Shown here: positions 29,459 through 38,404 of the stretch, piece by piece
Layout of the letters: every line of letters starts with the position of its first letter
Position numbering within the stretch: position 1 is the first letter of the stretch
From: Bacteroidales bacterium
Lineage (GTDB): Bacteria > Bacteroidota > Bacteroidia > Bacteroidales > UBA12077
Direction of reading: 5' to 3'
Assembly (NCBI GenBank): GCA_028282585.1
Contig: JANQHR010000114.1
Span: forward strand, 1 to 40,549
DNA: 40,549 bases
Made by a program: the position numbers and the translations under genes
The notes under the pieces: model-generated
Seen by the model: only the letters and a program-made list of their open reading frames with translations
What the model was told of the DNA's origin: nothing
Databases searched by the model: none

Positions 29459-32452
29459 TTATTTCTTTTCCAATATTATTAGCCTATCATTCAGTTCTTT
29501 TAGTTTAGCCTCAAGTTCTTCATTTTTCCTAGCTTGCTCATCAATAATTGATTGCTGTTCTTGTATACTCTTTATTAAAACAGGAATTAAATCGGAATAT
29601 CTTAAACTTAGCGTATTATTTTCGTCATTTCCAACATCCACAATCTCCTTTATTACAGGTTGAACTTCTTGCGCTATTAAGCCTAACTTCATACCTTGTT
29701 CCGGTTTATCTCTCCATAAAAAACTTACCGGCCGCAACTTTAAAACATCTTTTAATCCATATGAAATATTCAAAATATTAGATTTCAACCTTTTATCAGA
29801 AGAAGTTGATACACCACTTATTGCATATACCGTATTCCAATCATTTGATCCTAATATACCCAGATCATTTGCCCCGTCATCAGCAGGATATAAATCGCCA
29901 TCAATTTTAGCATTTCCGTTTTTATAGACAACAAAAGCATCATTTGCCCATCCATTTGTTACATATCCGTTTCCTACAACAAACACTGGATCAGAAGTGG
30001 ACCAGGTTGTTGCACTTGCCGATATGCTGGCATTATATTGCCCTATTACTAAAGATGCAAAAGCGTGTGATTCAATGTTATTACCTAAAGCTACAGAATA
30101 ATTACCTGAAGATTCAGTATTTGTTCCTGAAGCTATAGAAGCTCTACCTGAAGCTGTTGTATTTAATCCGGCAGCAAATGATTCATCGCCATTAGCGGTA
30201 GTTTCTGTGCCCTGACCTATTACCAGAGAATAATCTCCGTTTGCTGTTGTATTTAATCCGGCAGATATAGATGCCTGACCTGCTGCTTCCGTTCCGGATC
30301 CCGTAGCAAAAGAATATGCACCACTTGCAGTATTTCCTTGTCCAATTGCTGATGCTGCTGTTTGAGTACTTGAATTTAATTTACCTGCGATAAATGTTCC
30401 ATCACCATTAGCAGAATTACTTGATCCAAAAACAACCGATGCAACTCCTACGGCTGTATTATCGCTTCCTGCAACCATTGACTGCAAGCCTTCAGCAGAA
30501 TTTCCCAAACCAAATGCTACTGATGCTGCACCTTGCGCTTGATTATTTGCACCTATTGCTAAAGAATAATTTCCGCTTGCAACATTTTTAGCTCCCATTG
30601 CCGTCGCATTCCATCCTGTTGCTTCGGATTCAAACCCTGCTGCGCTTGAAAAATTACCAATAGCACTACAATTAGTTCCCATCACGAAAGAACCAATACC
30701 ACTAGCCTCTGAACCAAGTCCAAATGCAAAAGAATAATCTTCAGTGGCTTTTGTATACGAAGAAGTTGGATTTCCAAGCGAATCTACACCATTTGAACCA
30801 AATGCGAAACTATTAAATCCCAAGGCTTTTGTACCCCTTCCAAATGCAAATGAGTTAGTATCGGCAACAGTTTCATAGCCTATGGCAGTGCTATATTCCC
30901 CACGAGCTACGCTCATGTAACCCATGGCTTGAGACCAATCTCCAATAGCCAAATTCTTATATCCAAGAGAAAGAGAGTATTCACCAACACTATCAGCACT
31001 TGGTATAAACAATTCCCCCGCAAGTAACGCAGATTTCCCCGGATACCACATAACTCTCGATTCATTATTAATTACTTCTGCAGTAAAATTAGGTGATATG
31101 TTGAAATAATCTTTACTTGGTCCCTTACTTGGATTACGTCCACTAACTGCAAAGCCACCAACTTTTGCTTTATCAATTGGTTCTGCAACATATATTCGAG
31201 TTGAATCTTTATTAATCTGTATATATTCATTTATACTTCCTTTTGATGGATTACGCCCGCTTACAGCGAAACCTCCTACTTTGGCTTTACTTGCAGACTC
31301 TTCAACATAAATCCTTGTGCTATCATTCGTAACTACTAGATAATCATTTACAACTCCTTTGCTTGGATTTCGACCGCTGACCGCAAAACCTCCCACTTTG
31401 GCCTTACCAACCGGTTCTTCAACGTAAACTCTTGTACTATCATTCGTAACTACTAAATAATCATGTACAACTCCTTTACTTGGATTTCGACCACTTACCG
31501 CAAAACCTCCCACTTTGGCTTTATCTAATGACTCGTTAACGTAGATCCGCGTACTATCAATTGTAACTTTTAATATATCAATATCTCCCGCTTTTGAAGG
31601 ATTTCTTCCACTTACTGCAAAACCTCCTACTTTTCCTTTGGCTTGCGAATCAACAAAAATCTTAACACCATCCGGATAAACGGCAAATACAGTATCATTA
31701 TTTGCATTTATTACCTGGAACAATGCTTCTGTCCCTGCAACATTAGCTTTAACTTCCAAATTACTAACCGGCGCAGAAGATCCAATACCAACGTTTCCTG
31801 CATTATAATATATCTGTTCACCGTTCATTATCCAACTACTACTATCATAAGGTAATACCACCTTATTTCCATTCGAAATAATCAAAGTATCTCCATTTAA
31901 GGTAAGTTCCTGCTCATCGGTATTATTTCCGGTAAATGGTGCTAAATTTATGGCAGTAGGCGAAGGGTTTCCAGTGATGGTTAACACATCATCACTTAAA
32001 TTTAAGTCCTGAATCTCATTTGTCGGATCAGGGTCAGCATCATCGTTATTTTCAACATTTAGTGCATAATTTGCAAAAGGGACGGAAAATAACTGGAACG
32101 TTCCCATATCTACAAATCCATTTCCAATATCAACTTCGAGTTTAATAAATTTAGAATTGTTTCCCCAGTTTATTGAAGTGAAAGTACCTAGATCCGAGCT
32201 ACCATTTCCAACTAATAAATTGATCATTCCTTGTTCAGATGTAGTTACATCGTGTGTTTCTCTATAGATTTCATTTCCACTTGCAGTAGATTCAATAATG
32301 GTCAGGCGAATATCTACCTGCTGATTTGAAATTAGCTCACCATCATTATCCCTGATTACAGCCTGGTAATTAAAATTCTCTGTTGTTTGCGCAAATAATC
32401 CGATTATCTGCATTTTTAAAACAACAATGATAAAAAACGCTATCCTTCTCAT
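29459..32452 (-). CDS. Exported tail-fibre/adhesin-like protein (paralogue 1) with five 39-aa repeats, YadA-head-like repeats and C-terminal peptidase S74-type chaperone
   Basis: Signal peptide ..LFA|Q; NYQAVIRD..SVPFANYA domain; DADPDPTNEIQ; GNVGIG; 5x KVGGFAVSGRNPSK; S.A.G..(N/T).A.G repeats; SDKRLK..LRPVSF.W..GLIAQEV..YSDLIPVLIKSIQE plus coiled coil. Confidence 0.85.
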   Translation of the reverse strand: MRRIAFFIIVVLKMQIIGLFAQTTENFNYQAVIRDNDGELISNQQVDIRLTIIESTASGNEIYRETHDVTTSEQGMINLLVGNGSSDLGTFTSINWGNNSKFIKLEVDIGNGFVDMGTFQLFSVPFANYALNVENNDDADPDPTNEIQDLNLSDDVLTITGNPSPTAINLAPFTGNNTDEQELTLNGDTLIISNGNKVVLPYDSSSWIMNGEQIYYNAGNVGIGSSAPVSNLEVKANVAGTEALFQVINANNDTVFAVYPDGVKIFVDSQAKGKVGGFAVSGRNPSKAGDIDILKVTIDSTRIYVNESLDKAKVGGFAVSGRNPSKGVVHDYLVVTNDSTRVYVEEPVGKAKVGGFAVSGRNPSKGVVNDYLVVTNDSTRIYVEESASKAKVGGFAVSGRNPSKGSINEYIQINKDSTRIYVAEPIDKAKVGGFAVSGRNPSKGPSKDYFNISPNFTAEVINNESRVMWYPGKSALLAGELFIPSADSVGEYSLSLGYKNLAIGDWSQAMGYMSVARGEYSTAIGYETVADTNSFAFGRGTKALGFNSFAFGSNGVDSLGNPTSSYTKATEDYSFAFGLGSEASGIGSFVMGTNCSAIGNFSSAAGFESEATGWNATAMGAKNVASGNYSLAIGANNQAQGAASVAFGLGNSAEGLQSMVAGSDNTAVGVASVVFGSSNSANGDGTFIAGKLNSSTQTAASAIGQGNTASGAYSFATGSGTEAAGQASISAGLNTTANGDYSLVIGQGTETTANGDESFAAGLNTTASGRASIASGTNTESSGNYSVALGNNIESHAFASLVIGQYNASISASATTWSTSDPVFVVGNGYVTNGWANDAFVVYKNGNAKIDGDLYPADDGANDLGILGSNDWNTVYAISGVSTSSDKRLKSNILNISYGLKDVLKLRPVSFLWRDKPEQGMKLGLIAQEVQPVIKEIVDVGNDENNTLSLRYSDLIPVLIKSIQEQQSIIDEQARKNEELEAKLKELNDRLIILEKK
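31124..31633 (-). repeat. Five intragenic repeats with exact 117-bp (39-aa) period
   Basis: The motif Ala codon recurs at 31148, 31265, 31382, 31499 and 31616. Confidence 0.9.
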
Positions 32453-32556
32453 AACTATAAATTTAAATGTTAGAGTAAGATAACGTTTTAAATACTTATA
32501 ATCAAATCAAATAAATAACCGTCTGTAATTTCTAATTAAACGATTTTATTTCGCTA

Positions 32557-35304
32557 TTAATCGTTTTTTAATAATTTTTCAATTTCATGGATTTTATTTT
32601 CCAATTGATTAATCCGCTCGCTTTGTTCCTGAATAATAACCTGTTGTTCCTGAATTCCTTTAATTAACACAGGTATCAAATCAGAATAATTTATACCTAG
32701 TGTTTCATTCTCATCATCTCCATGATGAACCACTTCCTCAATAACTTCATCTACTTCCTGTGCGATTAATCCTATTTTTTGCTTTTCGCTTTCTTTTCCC
32801 TTCCAATTAAACATTACCGGGCGTAATTTCATTATATCCACTAAGCCATAGCTTATTAAACCAATATTTGATTTTAATCTTAGGTCGGAAACATTTATGG
32901 TTCCGGTTGTTGCATAAACAGTATTCCATCTGTTTGAAGAAGTTCCTAAGTTATTTCCACCGTCACTATCGGGGTATAAGTTTCCATCGAATTTGACATT
33001 TCCGCTTTTATAAATCACTAATGCATCATTCCTACTTAAGAAGGCTGTTCCATTTCCGACTACAAATAATCTATCCCCACCTACCCAACTTGTAGCATTA
33101 CCTGAAACTTGCGTAGGATAAATTCCAAATACAGATTCGCCATAAGAATTTGCTTCATTGTAATAACCTCCACCTACAAATGAATAGTTTCCTGCGGCAA
33201 TATTCTGTCTTCCTCCACCAATGGTTGAATAATCACCAGATGCAGCATTTGTTTGTCCACCCGTCACAGATGCTCTTGAACCACTGGCGTCGTTTCCATG
33301 TCCGCCGGCTACAACCGACATAGACGCTAATGCTTCATTCAGATATCCTCCACCAATTGTTGACATGTAACCCGTAGCTTGATTCCCTTCTCCTCCACCA
33401 ACAGTTGTGGCATATTCACTAGCGATATGGTAAAGCCCCCCTCCTATGGCAGCATATTCATCGGACGCCTTATTATTTCTCCCTCCTGAAACTGTAGCTC
33501 CTTCTGCCGTAGAATTATTTAAAAATCCCAATACAGTTGCATAGTTTGCGGTTACCGTATCAATGGCTCCAATCGCAACAGAGGCTATTCCTGAAGCATA
33601 GGTTCCTGATCCTATTGCAATAGAATTAGCACCTGCGGCTTCGGCTCCCGGAGCATCTAAATATAAAGTAAAATCGCCACCACCTACTACTAACTCAAAG
33701 TCTCTAAAAGCAGATCCCAGAGCCACTGAGTTTAAACCGGAAGCGGTTGCAGAGTCTCCAATGGCGATTGAATTATGGTTTAAAGCCCTTGTATGACTAC
33801 CAAAAGAGTAAGCATTTGACACTGTATCCGTATAACCGGCAATTGCATTATTCCCAACAGCCATGGAATAACTACCTCTCGTAATTGATTTGTAGCCCAT
33901 TGCCTGCGAATAATCACCTATTGCTTTTGACTCAAAGCCCGAAACAAGAGAATTCGTACCAACACTATCAGCAGATTCAACCAGTACTCTTCCTGTTAAA
34001 AACGCTTCTTTATTAGGATACCAAAGAATTCTTGGTTCACTGGGATCGATTATTTCAGCAGTAAGATTGCCAGAAACATTGAAATAGTCACTGTAATTAC
34101 TTTTTGATGGATTTCGGCCACTCACAGCAAAACCACCAACTTTTCCCTTTCCTGCTGTTTCCGATATATAAATACGTGTACTATCTTTATTAATTTGCAG
34201 ATAATCATTTACCGACCCTTTACTAGGATTGCGCCCGCTTACAGCAAATCCTCCTACTTTTGCTTTGGTGGCAGATTCATTAACATATATTCTGGTACTA
34301 TCCATCGTAACCTTTAAAATATCCCATCCTCCGGATTTAGATGGATTTCGGCCACTCACTGCAAAACCACCAACTTTTCCTTTAGCTTCATCATTAATAA
34401 ATATTTTTACACCATCGGGATAAACTGCGAAAACCGTATCGTTAATTGCATTTATAACCTGAAACAATGCATCCGTCCCTACCGAATTAGCTTTTACCTC
34501 CAAGTTACTAACAGGATTAGCCGAACCTATTCCTACATTCCCGGTATTGTAATAAACATGATTACTATTTAAAGACCATACGCTACTGTCATAAGGAAAT
34601 GCAATTTTATTTCCACTACTAATCTGTAATGTATCATCTAAAAATGTTAAAGTTTGTATTTCATTTGTTGGATCATGATCAGCATCATCAAAACCATCTT
34701 GTAAAGAACTAACATCAATTGTGTTTCCACCTGAAATTGATAAATTCGTTCCTGAAAGACTTAACACCTGTTCATCTGTATTATCTCCCTGAAAAGGTGC
34801 TAAATTAATTTCCGTAGGGTTGGTTTTATTGGTAACTGTTAAAATGTTATTGGTTAAATCAAGGTCCTGAATTTCATTTGTAGGATCAGCATCCGCATCA
34901 TCCTTATTCTTTACATCAAATGCATAATTTGCATATGGCACAGATTGTAGTTGAAAAGTACCCATATCTACAAACCCATTTCCTAAATCTATCTCAACCA
35001 TAATAAATTTTGAATTTTCTCCCCATTGTATACTTTCAAAGTCACCGAGACTAGAAGTTCCCATTCCAATTGACAAGTTTATTAAACCTACCTCATTGGT
35101 AGTAACAGTATGATTTTCAGAATAAATTTCATCTCCGTCAGCTTCAGAGTCAATGATTGTTAACTGAATTTGAACAGACTGATTTATAACTAATTCGCCT
35201 TCACTATTTCTTACAATTGCTTGATAGTTAAAATTCTTAATTGTATTTGCACTTATAAATGCTCCGAATATAAGTGCAGGAAAAAGAAGTAAAAATCGTT
35301 TCAT
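32557..35304 (-). CDS. Exported tail-fibre/adhesin-like protein (paralogue 2) with three 39-aa repeats, Gly-rich head repeats and C-terminal peptidase S74-type chaperone
   Basis: Signal peptide; NYQAIVRN..SVPYANYA; 2x DAD.DPTNEIQ; GNVGIG; 3x KVGGFAVSGRNPSK; (S/A)T(V/I)GGG..N.A repeats; SDLRLK..LRPV.F.W..GLIAQEV..YSDLIPVLIKGIQE plus coiled coil. Confidence 0.85.
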   Translation of the reverse strand: MKRFLLLFPALIFGAFISANTIKNFNYQAIVRNSEGELVINQSVQIQLTIIDSEADGDEIYSENHTVTTNEVGLINLSIGMGTSSLGDFESIQWGENSKFIMVEIDLGNGFVDMGTFQLQSVPYANYAFDVKNKDDADADPTNEIQDLDLTNNILTVTNKTNPTEINLAPFQGDNTDEQVLSLSGTNLSISGGNTIDVSSLQDGFDDADHDPTNEIQTLTFLDDTLQISSGNKIAFPYDSSVWSLNSNHVYYNTGNVGIGSANPVSNLEVKANSVGTDALFQVINAINDTVFAVYPDGVKIFINDEAKGKVGGFAVSGRNPSKSGGWDILKVTMDSTRIYVNESATKAKVGGFAVSGRNPSKGSVNDYLQINKDSTRIYISETAGKGKVGGFAVSGRNPSKSNYSDYFNVSGNLTAEIIDPSEPRILWYPNKEAFLTGRVLVESADSVGTNSLVSGFESKAIGDYSQAMGYKSITRGSYSMAVGNNAIAGYTDTVSNAYSFGSHTRALNHNSIAIGDSATASGLNSVALGSAFRDFELVVGGGDFTLYLDAPGAEAAGANSIAIGSGTYASGIASVAIGAIDTVTANYATVLGFLNNSTAEGATVSGGRNNKASDEYAAIGGGLYHIASEYATTVGGGEGNQATGYMSTIGGGYLNEALASMSVVAGGHGNDASGSRASVTGGQTNAASGDYSTIGGGRQNIAAGNYSFVGGGYYNEANSYGESVFGIYPTQVSGNATSWVGGDRLFVVGNGTAFLSRNDALVIYKSGNVKFDGNLYPDSDGGNNLGTSSNRWNTVYATTGTINVSDLRLKSNIGLISYGLVDIMKLRPVMFNWKGKESEKQKIGLIAQEVDEVIEEVVHHGDDENETLGINYSDLIPVLIKGIQEQQVIIQEQSERINQLENKIHEIEKLLKND
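34102..34377 (-). repeat. Three intragenic repeats with exact 117-bp (39-aa) period
   Basis: The motif Ala codon recurs at 34126, 34243 and 34360. Confidence 0.9.
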
Positions 35305-35447
35305 AATAGTTATTTTTGCTTGTTAATTAGAGTTTTATGGCAAACCAGTTAAAGATATTGGATAACTTCCATACCCTTAACTTATTAAACAAAAATATTA
35401 ATAATTTCGAATCTTTTTATCTTTTTATCTTAATTTAATTTCGATGA

Positions 35448-35705
35448 TTTATCACCTTTAAAGTTCTTTCAATAATTTCAAGTTTTTCAATTAATTGCTG
35501 TTGCTTTTCTTCAATTCCTTTATCCCATTATTTAACTGCGTAATAAAATTATGCACCTTTCTCAACTTTTCTGACATTTGCTCTCTTTACTCTGAAATTA
35601 TTATATCCATTAGAATTTGAAAGGAATAATAATCATTTTTCATAACTCAAATCATTATAATTTAATGAAAAGAAAAATACTTGTATTTAGCATAAAGGTG
35701 ATAAA
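35448..35705. repeat. 13-bp perfect inverted repeats flanking a 232-bp segment
   Basis: TTTATCACCTTTA (35448-35460) and TAAAGGTGATAAA (35693-35705), with an imperfect outward extension TTTCGA/TCGAAA. Confidence 0.6.
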
Positions 35706-35957
35706 AGTCGAAAATTTCGTTCAGCCTAAAAAATTGTTTTTCTGAACCTTAACTTGAGAGATTAAAGTGATATCAATTGCAAGTCAGTTTTTGGAAAGTT
35801 ACTTATATTAAATTCCTGTTAATTAGAACAATTTTAGATATTTAACGTAATACTCGTTTAAAGTAAATAGTTTGCATAAATATTTATATTGAAGGCAATT
35901 ATTTTATTTAATAATTTTGGATTAAATTAGTACGATAGTCATAGAATAAACTTTAAC

Positions 35958-36917
35958 ATGAAAAACTCTTTATTAATAGTACTTTTGCTCTTTTCGATAA
36001 ATGTTGTGTTAGGTCAGTTACCTGGTGAAAAAAAATGGAAAGAAAGCTTAATTAAAAACCGCGTCCAAACCCAGGCACAATGGAATCATAAATATGAAAA
36101 AGGAAAGCCTAAAAAAGATGGTTATAAGAATTACACTAAGAAATTTGATCTTAATGGAAATATTATTGAAGAAATATATTATCAGTCTGGTAATGTGGAT
36201 CAAAAGTTAAGTTATAAATATGATGATGAAGATAAGCAGGTTGAGTACGCAAATTATAAAGGTGAGGAAGGAAAACTACTTTTTAAGCAAAATATAACCT
36301 ACGATAATTCCGGACAAAAAATAAGAGAAGAAAGATTTAACGGAACTGAATATCAAATAATTAAATATAACTACGTAGGAGATAAATTATCTGAAATAAC
36401 AAGATCTGATATTTATGGTTATGTTGAGCATAAAAGAGTATTCAAATATACTGGTAATATTTGCGCTATATCTATTTTTGATGACCAATCAAATAATATT
36501 GGAAAAATTATTAATAAGTACGATAATAATGATAATATAATCGAAAGCACAGAATATGATATCAATGGAAATATCAAAGAAAAGTACTTATATACTTTTG
36601 ATGGTGACCTGGTTAAGGAAAAATCAAAATTTGCCGGAGAAAATTTTATCTATAAAGAAATTTACGAATATAACTTAAATGACCAACTCATTAAAGTCAT
36701 TAAAGAAGAACAACAAGGGAAAACAGTTGTAAATAATATTTACAAATATGATTCTGCAGGTAGACTCATTGAAGAAAAATGGCATGATAATCATCCTACT
36801 GAAAATTCCCAAAAAACATATTTTTATAATAGTAAAGGATTACTAGAAAAAGTTGAAGTTTACTACGCACTGTATCGATACCGGATACAATACAGATATG
36901 AATATACTTATTATTAA
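35958..36917 (+). CDS. Exported YD/RHS-like beta-hairpin repeat protein of unknown function
   Basis: Signal peptide ..VLG|Q; recurring Y.YD..G..IEE..Y units about 23-25 aa apart; ends YRYEYTYY. Confidence 0.75.
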   Translation: MKNSLLIVLLLFSINVVLGQLPGEKKWKESLIKNRVQTQAQWNHKYEKGKPKKDGYKNYTKKFDLNGNIIEEIYYQSGNVDQKLSYKYDDEDKQVEYANYKGEEGKLLFKQNITYDNSGQKIREERFNGTEYQIIKYNYVGDKLSEITRSDIYGYVEHKRVFKYTGNICAISIFDDQSNNIGKIINKYDNNDNIIESTEYDINGNIKEKYLYTFDGDLVKEKSKFAGENFIYKEIYEYNLNDQLIKVIKEEQQGKTVVNNIYKYDSAGRLIEEKWHDNHPTENSQKTYFYNSKGLLEKVEVYYALYRYRIQYRYEYTYY

Positions 36918-36919
36918 AT

Positions 36920-36944
36920 AAAAAGCCCTATTCGGGCTTTTTTT
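36920..36944. terminator. Bidirectional intrinsic terminator
   Basis: AAAAAGCCC-TATTC-GGGCTTTTTTT between convergent genes. Confidence 0.8.
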
Positions 36945-37854
36945 AATCATATTTATTTAAATCTATATCTTCTTGTCTCAACCCAGGTTTAATTTCTAAT
37001 AACTCTACTTCAAAAAGCGTTGATGTAAATGGAGGAATTATACCCGTTGAAGAACCGGTTTCTCCAAATCCGATTTGTGACGGAATTATAAACAAAGCTC
37101 TCTCACCTTCCTGCATTCTTCCAATTGCTTCCTCCAACCCGTCTATAACCTGCCATTTTCTACCATACACAAATTGGAAAGGCGAATTTCTTCTTTTTGT
37201 TGAGTCAAAAAACTTATTATTTAAGAACTTACCTTCATAATGTACCGTTACGGTATCGCCTAAAAACACTTTATTTCCATTACCCGGTTCAATTGTAAGA
37301 TGATATAAACCAGATTCGGTTGGATTTATATCAATTCTCTTTTCGTCAATATATTGCCGTAGAATTACTTTCTCGTAATCACCAAAATCTTCAATCCAAT
37401 GTAAAAAAGCTTCTTTTTCCTTTAAATATTCTCCTTCAGTTAGTATATCAATTACATCAATATCAACAATCATTGGATCTTCATTTTGAATAAAAGCCGG
37501 TAGTGTTGTTTCCAACGTTTTTTTAAAAAAATCATTTGCCGAAATTATAAACGAAGCCATTTCTCCTTCCGCTAACATTAAAAAGCACTCGTCAATAGCA
37601 CCTATAAATGATGGTTCGGTAATTTGCAATCTGCGTCTTCCCTCAAAAAATACCGAATCAGTTATTGTTTTATATTTTATATCTGCAGTTATATAATCGC
37701 CGGGTTTAGCTTTAATTGAACTTTCGCCAAATTTGAGTAGTTTATAATAAATTCCTGATTTTGTTTTACTATAACCAGGATATTTTGAAAAATAATCACA
37801 AGAAGAAAATGTAAAAATAAAGGCAGTTAAAACAAATAATAATCTCTTAAACAT
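36943..37854 (-). CDS. FKBP-type peptidyl-prolyl isomerase lipoprotein (two FKBP-like domains)
   Basis: Lipobox FSSC; TESGLY, VTVHYEGKFL...FDS, VIDGLEEAI..M..GE, IPS..GFG, IPP....FEVEL. Confidence 0.92.
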   Translation of the reverse strand: MFKRLLFVLTAFIFTFSSCDYFSKYPGYSKTKSGIYYKLLKFGESSIKAKPGDYITADIKYKTITDSVFFEGRRRLQITEPSFIGAIDECFLMLAEGEMASFIISANDFFKKTLETTLPAFIQNEDPMIVDIDVIDILTEGEYLKEKEAFLHWIEDFGDYEKVILRQYIDEKRIDINPTESGLYHLTIEPGNGNKVFLGDTVTVHYEGKFLNNKFFDSTKRRNSPFQFVYGRKWQVIDGLEEAIGRMQEGERALFIIPSQIGFGETGSSTGIIPPFTSTLFEVELLEIKPGLRQEDIDLNKYD

Positions 37855-37864
37855 GGGTTTATAT

Positions 37865-38404
37865 TTATTCGTTGATTTCTAGTATTTCTATATCATAAAT
37901 TATTGTTGCTCTTGCGGGAATTCTATTCTCATCACCAATCAATCCGTGCGCTAAATGGGGAGGTAAAATAAATCTTGCTTTTGAACCTTTTCTAAGTAAT
38001 AATACTCCTTCTTCTAATCCTGATTCTACTCCTCCTTTTCCTACAACGAAACTTTTGGGACCTGATTCTTCTGATGAATAACTTTTTGTACCATCAAGCA
38101 GATTAACCTCATAATTAAAAGTTATATAATCTCCTCTCTTTACTAAATCCCCGGTTCCTTCTTTGTAAATCATAAACCACAATCCTGATTCACTTTCTTT
38201 CATTGCCCATCCCCTGCGCTCTACATAACTTTTTATTCGCTCGGAATCCTTCTCAACTAATAGTTTATTTACTTCTTCTAAAGACTTCTTGGGATTCGAT
38301 ATACTCTTCTTATTCTCAGTTACTTTTTCTCTTTTACAAGAAAAGAAAATTAACATAAAGATCAAAATAAAAGTATTCACAACTAATTGTTTATAACGAA
38401 TCAT
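37865..38404 (-). CDS. FKBP-type PPIase lipoprotein, GldI-like
   Basis: Lipobox FFSC; NK.LV, SGLWF, GD...F.YE..LLDG...YS, GLEEG..LLRKG, PPHLAHG..GD...I; lies right after the DHH gene. Confidence 0.85.
   Translation of the reverse strand: MIRYKQLVVNTFILIFMLIFFSCKREKVTENKKSISNPKKSLEEVNKLLVEKDSERIKSYVERRGWAMKESESGLWFMIYKEGTGDLVKRGDYITFNYEVNLLDGTKSYSSEESGPKSFVVGKGGVESGLEEGVLLLRKGSKARFILPPHLAHGLIGDENRIPARATIIYDIEILEINE

Noticed and set aside
31124-34377. CRISPR array or DGR template/variable repeats
   Set aside because: Repeats are in-frame coding units differing at synonymous positions, not adenine-specific; no cas or reverse transcriptase gene
4269-34423. Short alternative-frame and antisense ORFs in the track (e.g. 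4269-4550, 6597-6920, 12693-13058, 17733-18149, 20373-20717, 29334-29663)
   Set aside because: They overlap well-supported genes, lack motifs and read as shadow frames
29459-35304. Prophage, tailocin or contractile injection system
   Set aside because: No capsid, sheath, baseplate, integrase or lysis genes; both proteins have signal peptides and sit among housekeeping genes
35958-36917. Rhs/YD polymorphic toxin
   Set aside because: Only 319 aa, no DPxG core end, no C-terminal toxin domain, no downstream immunity gene
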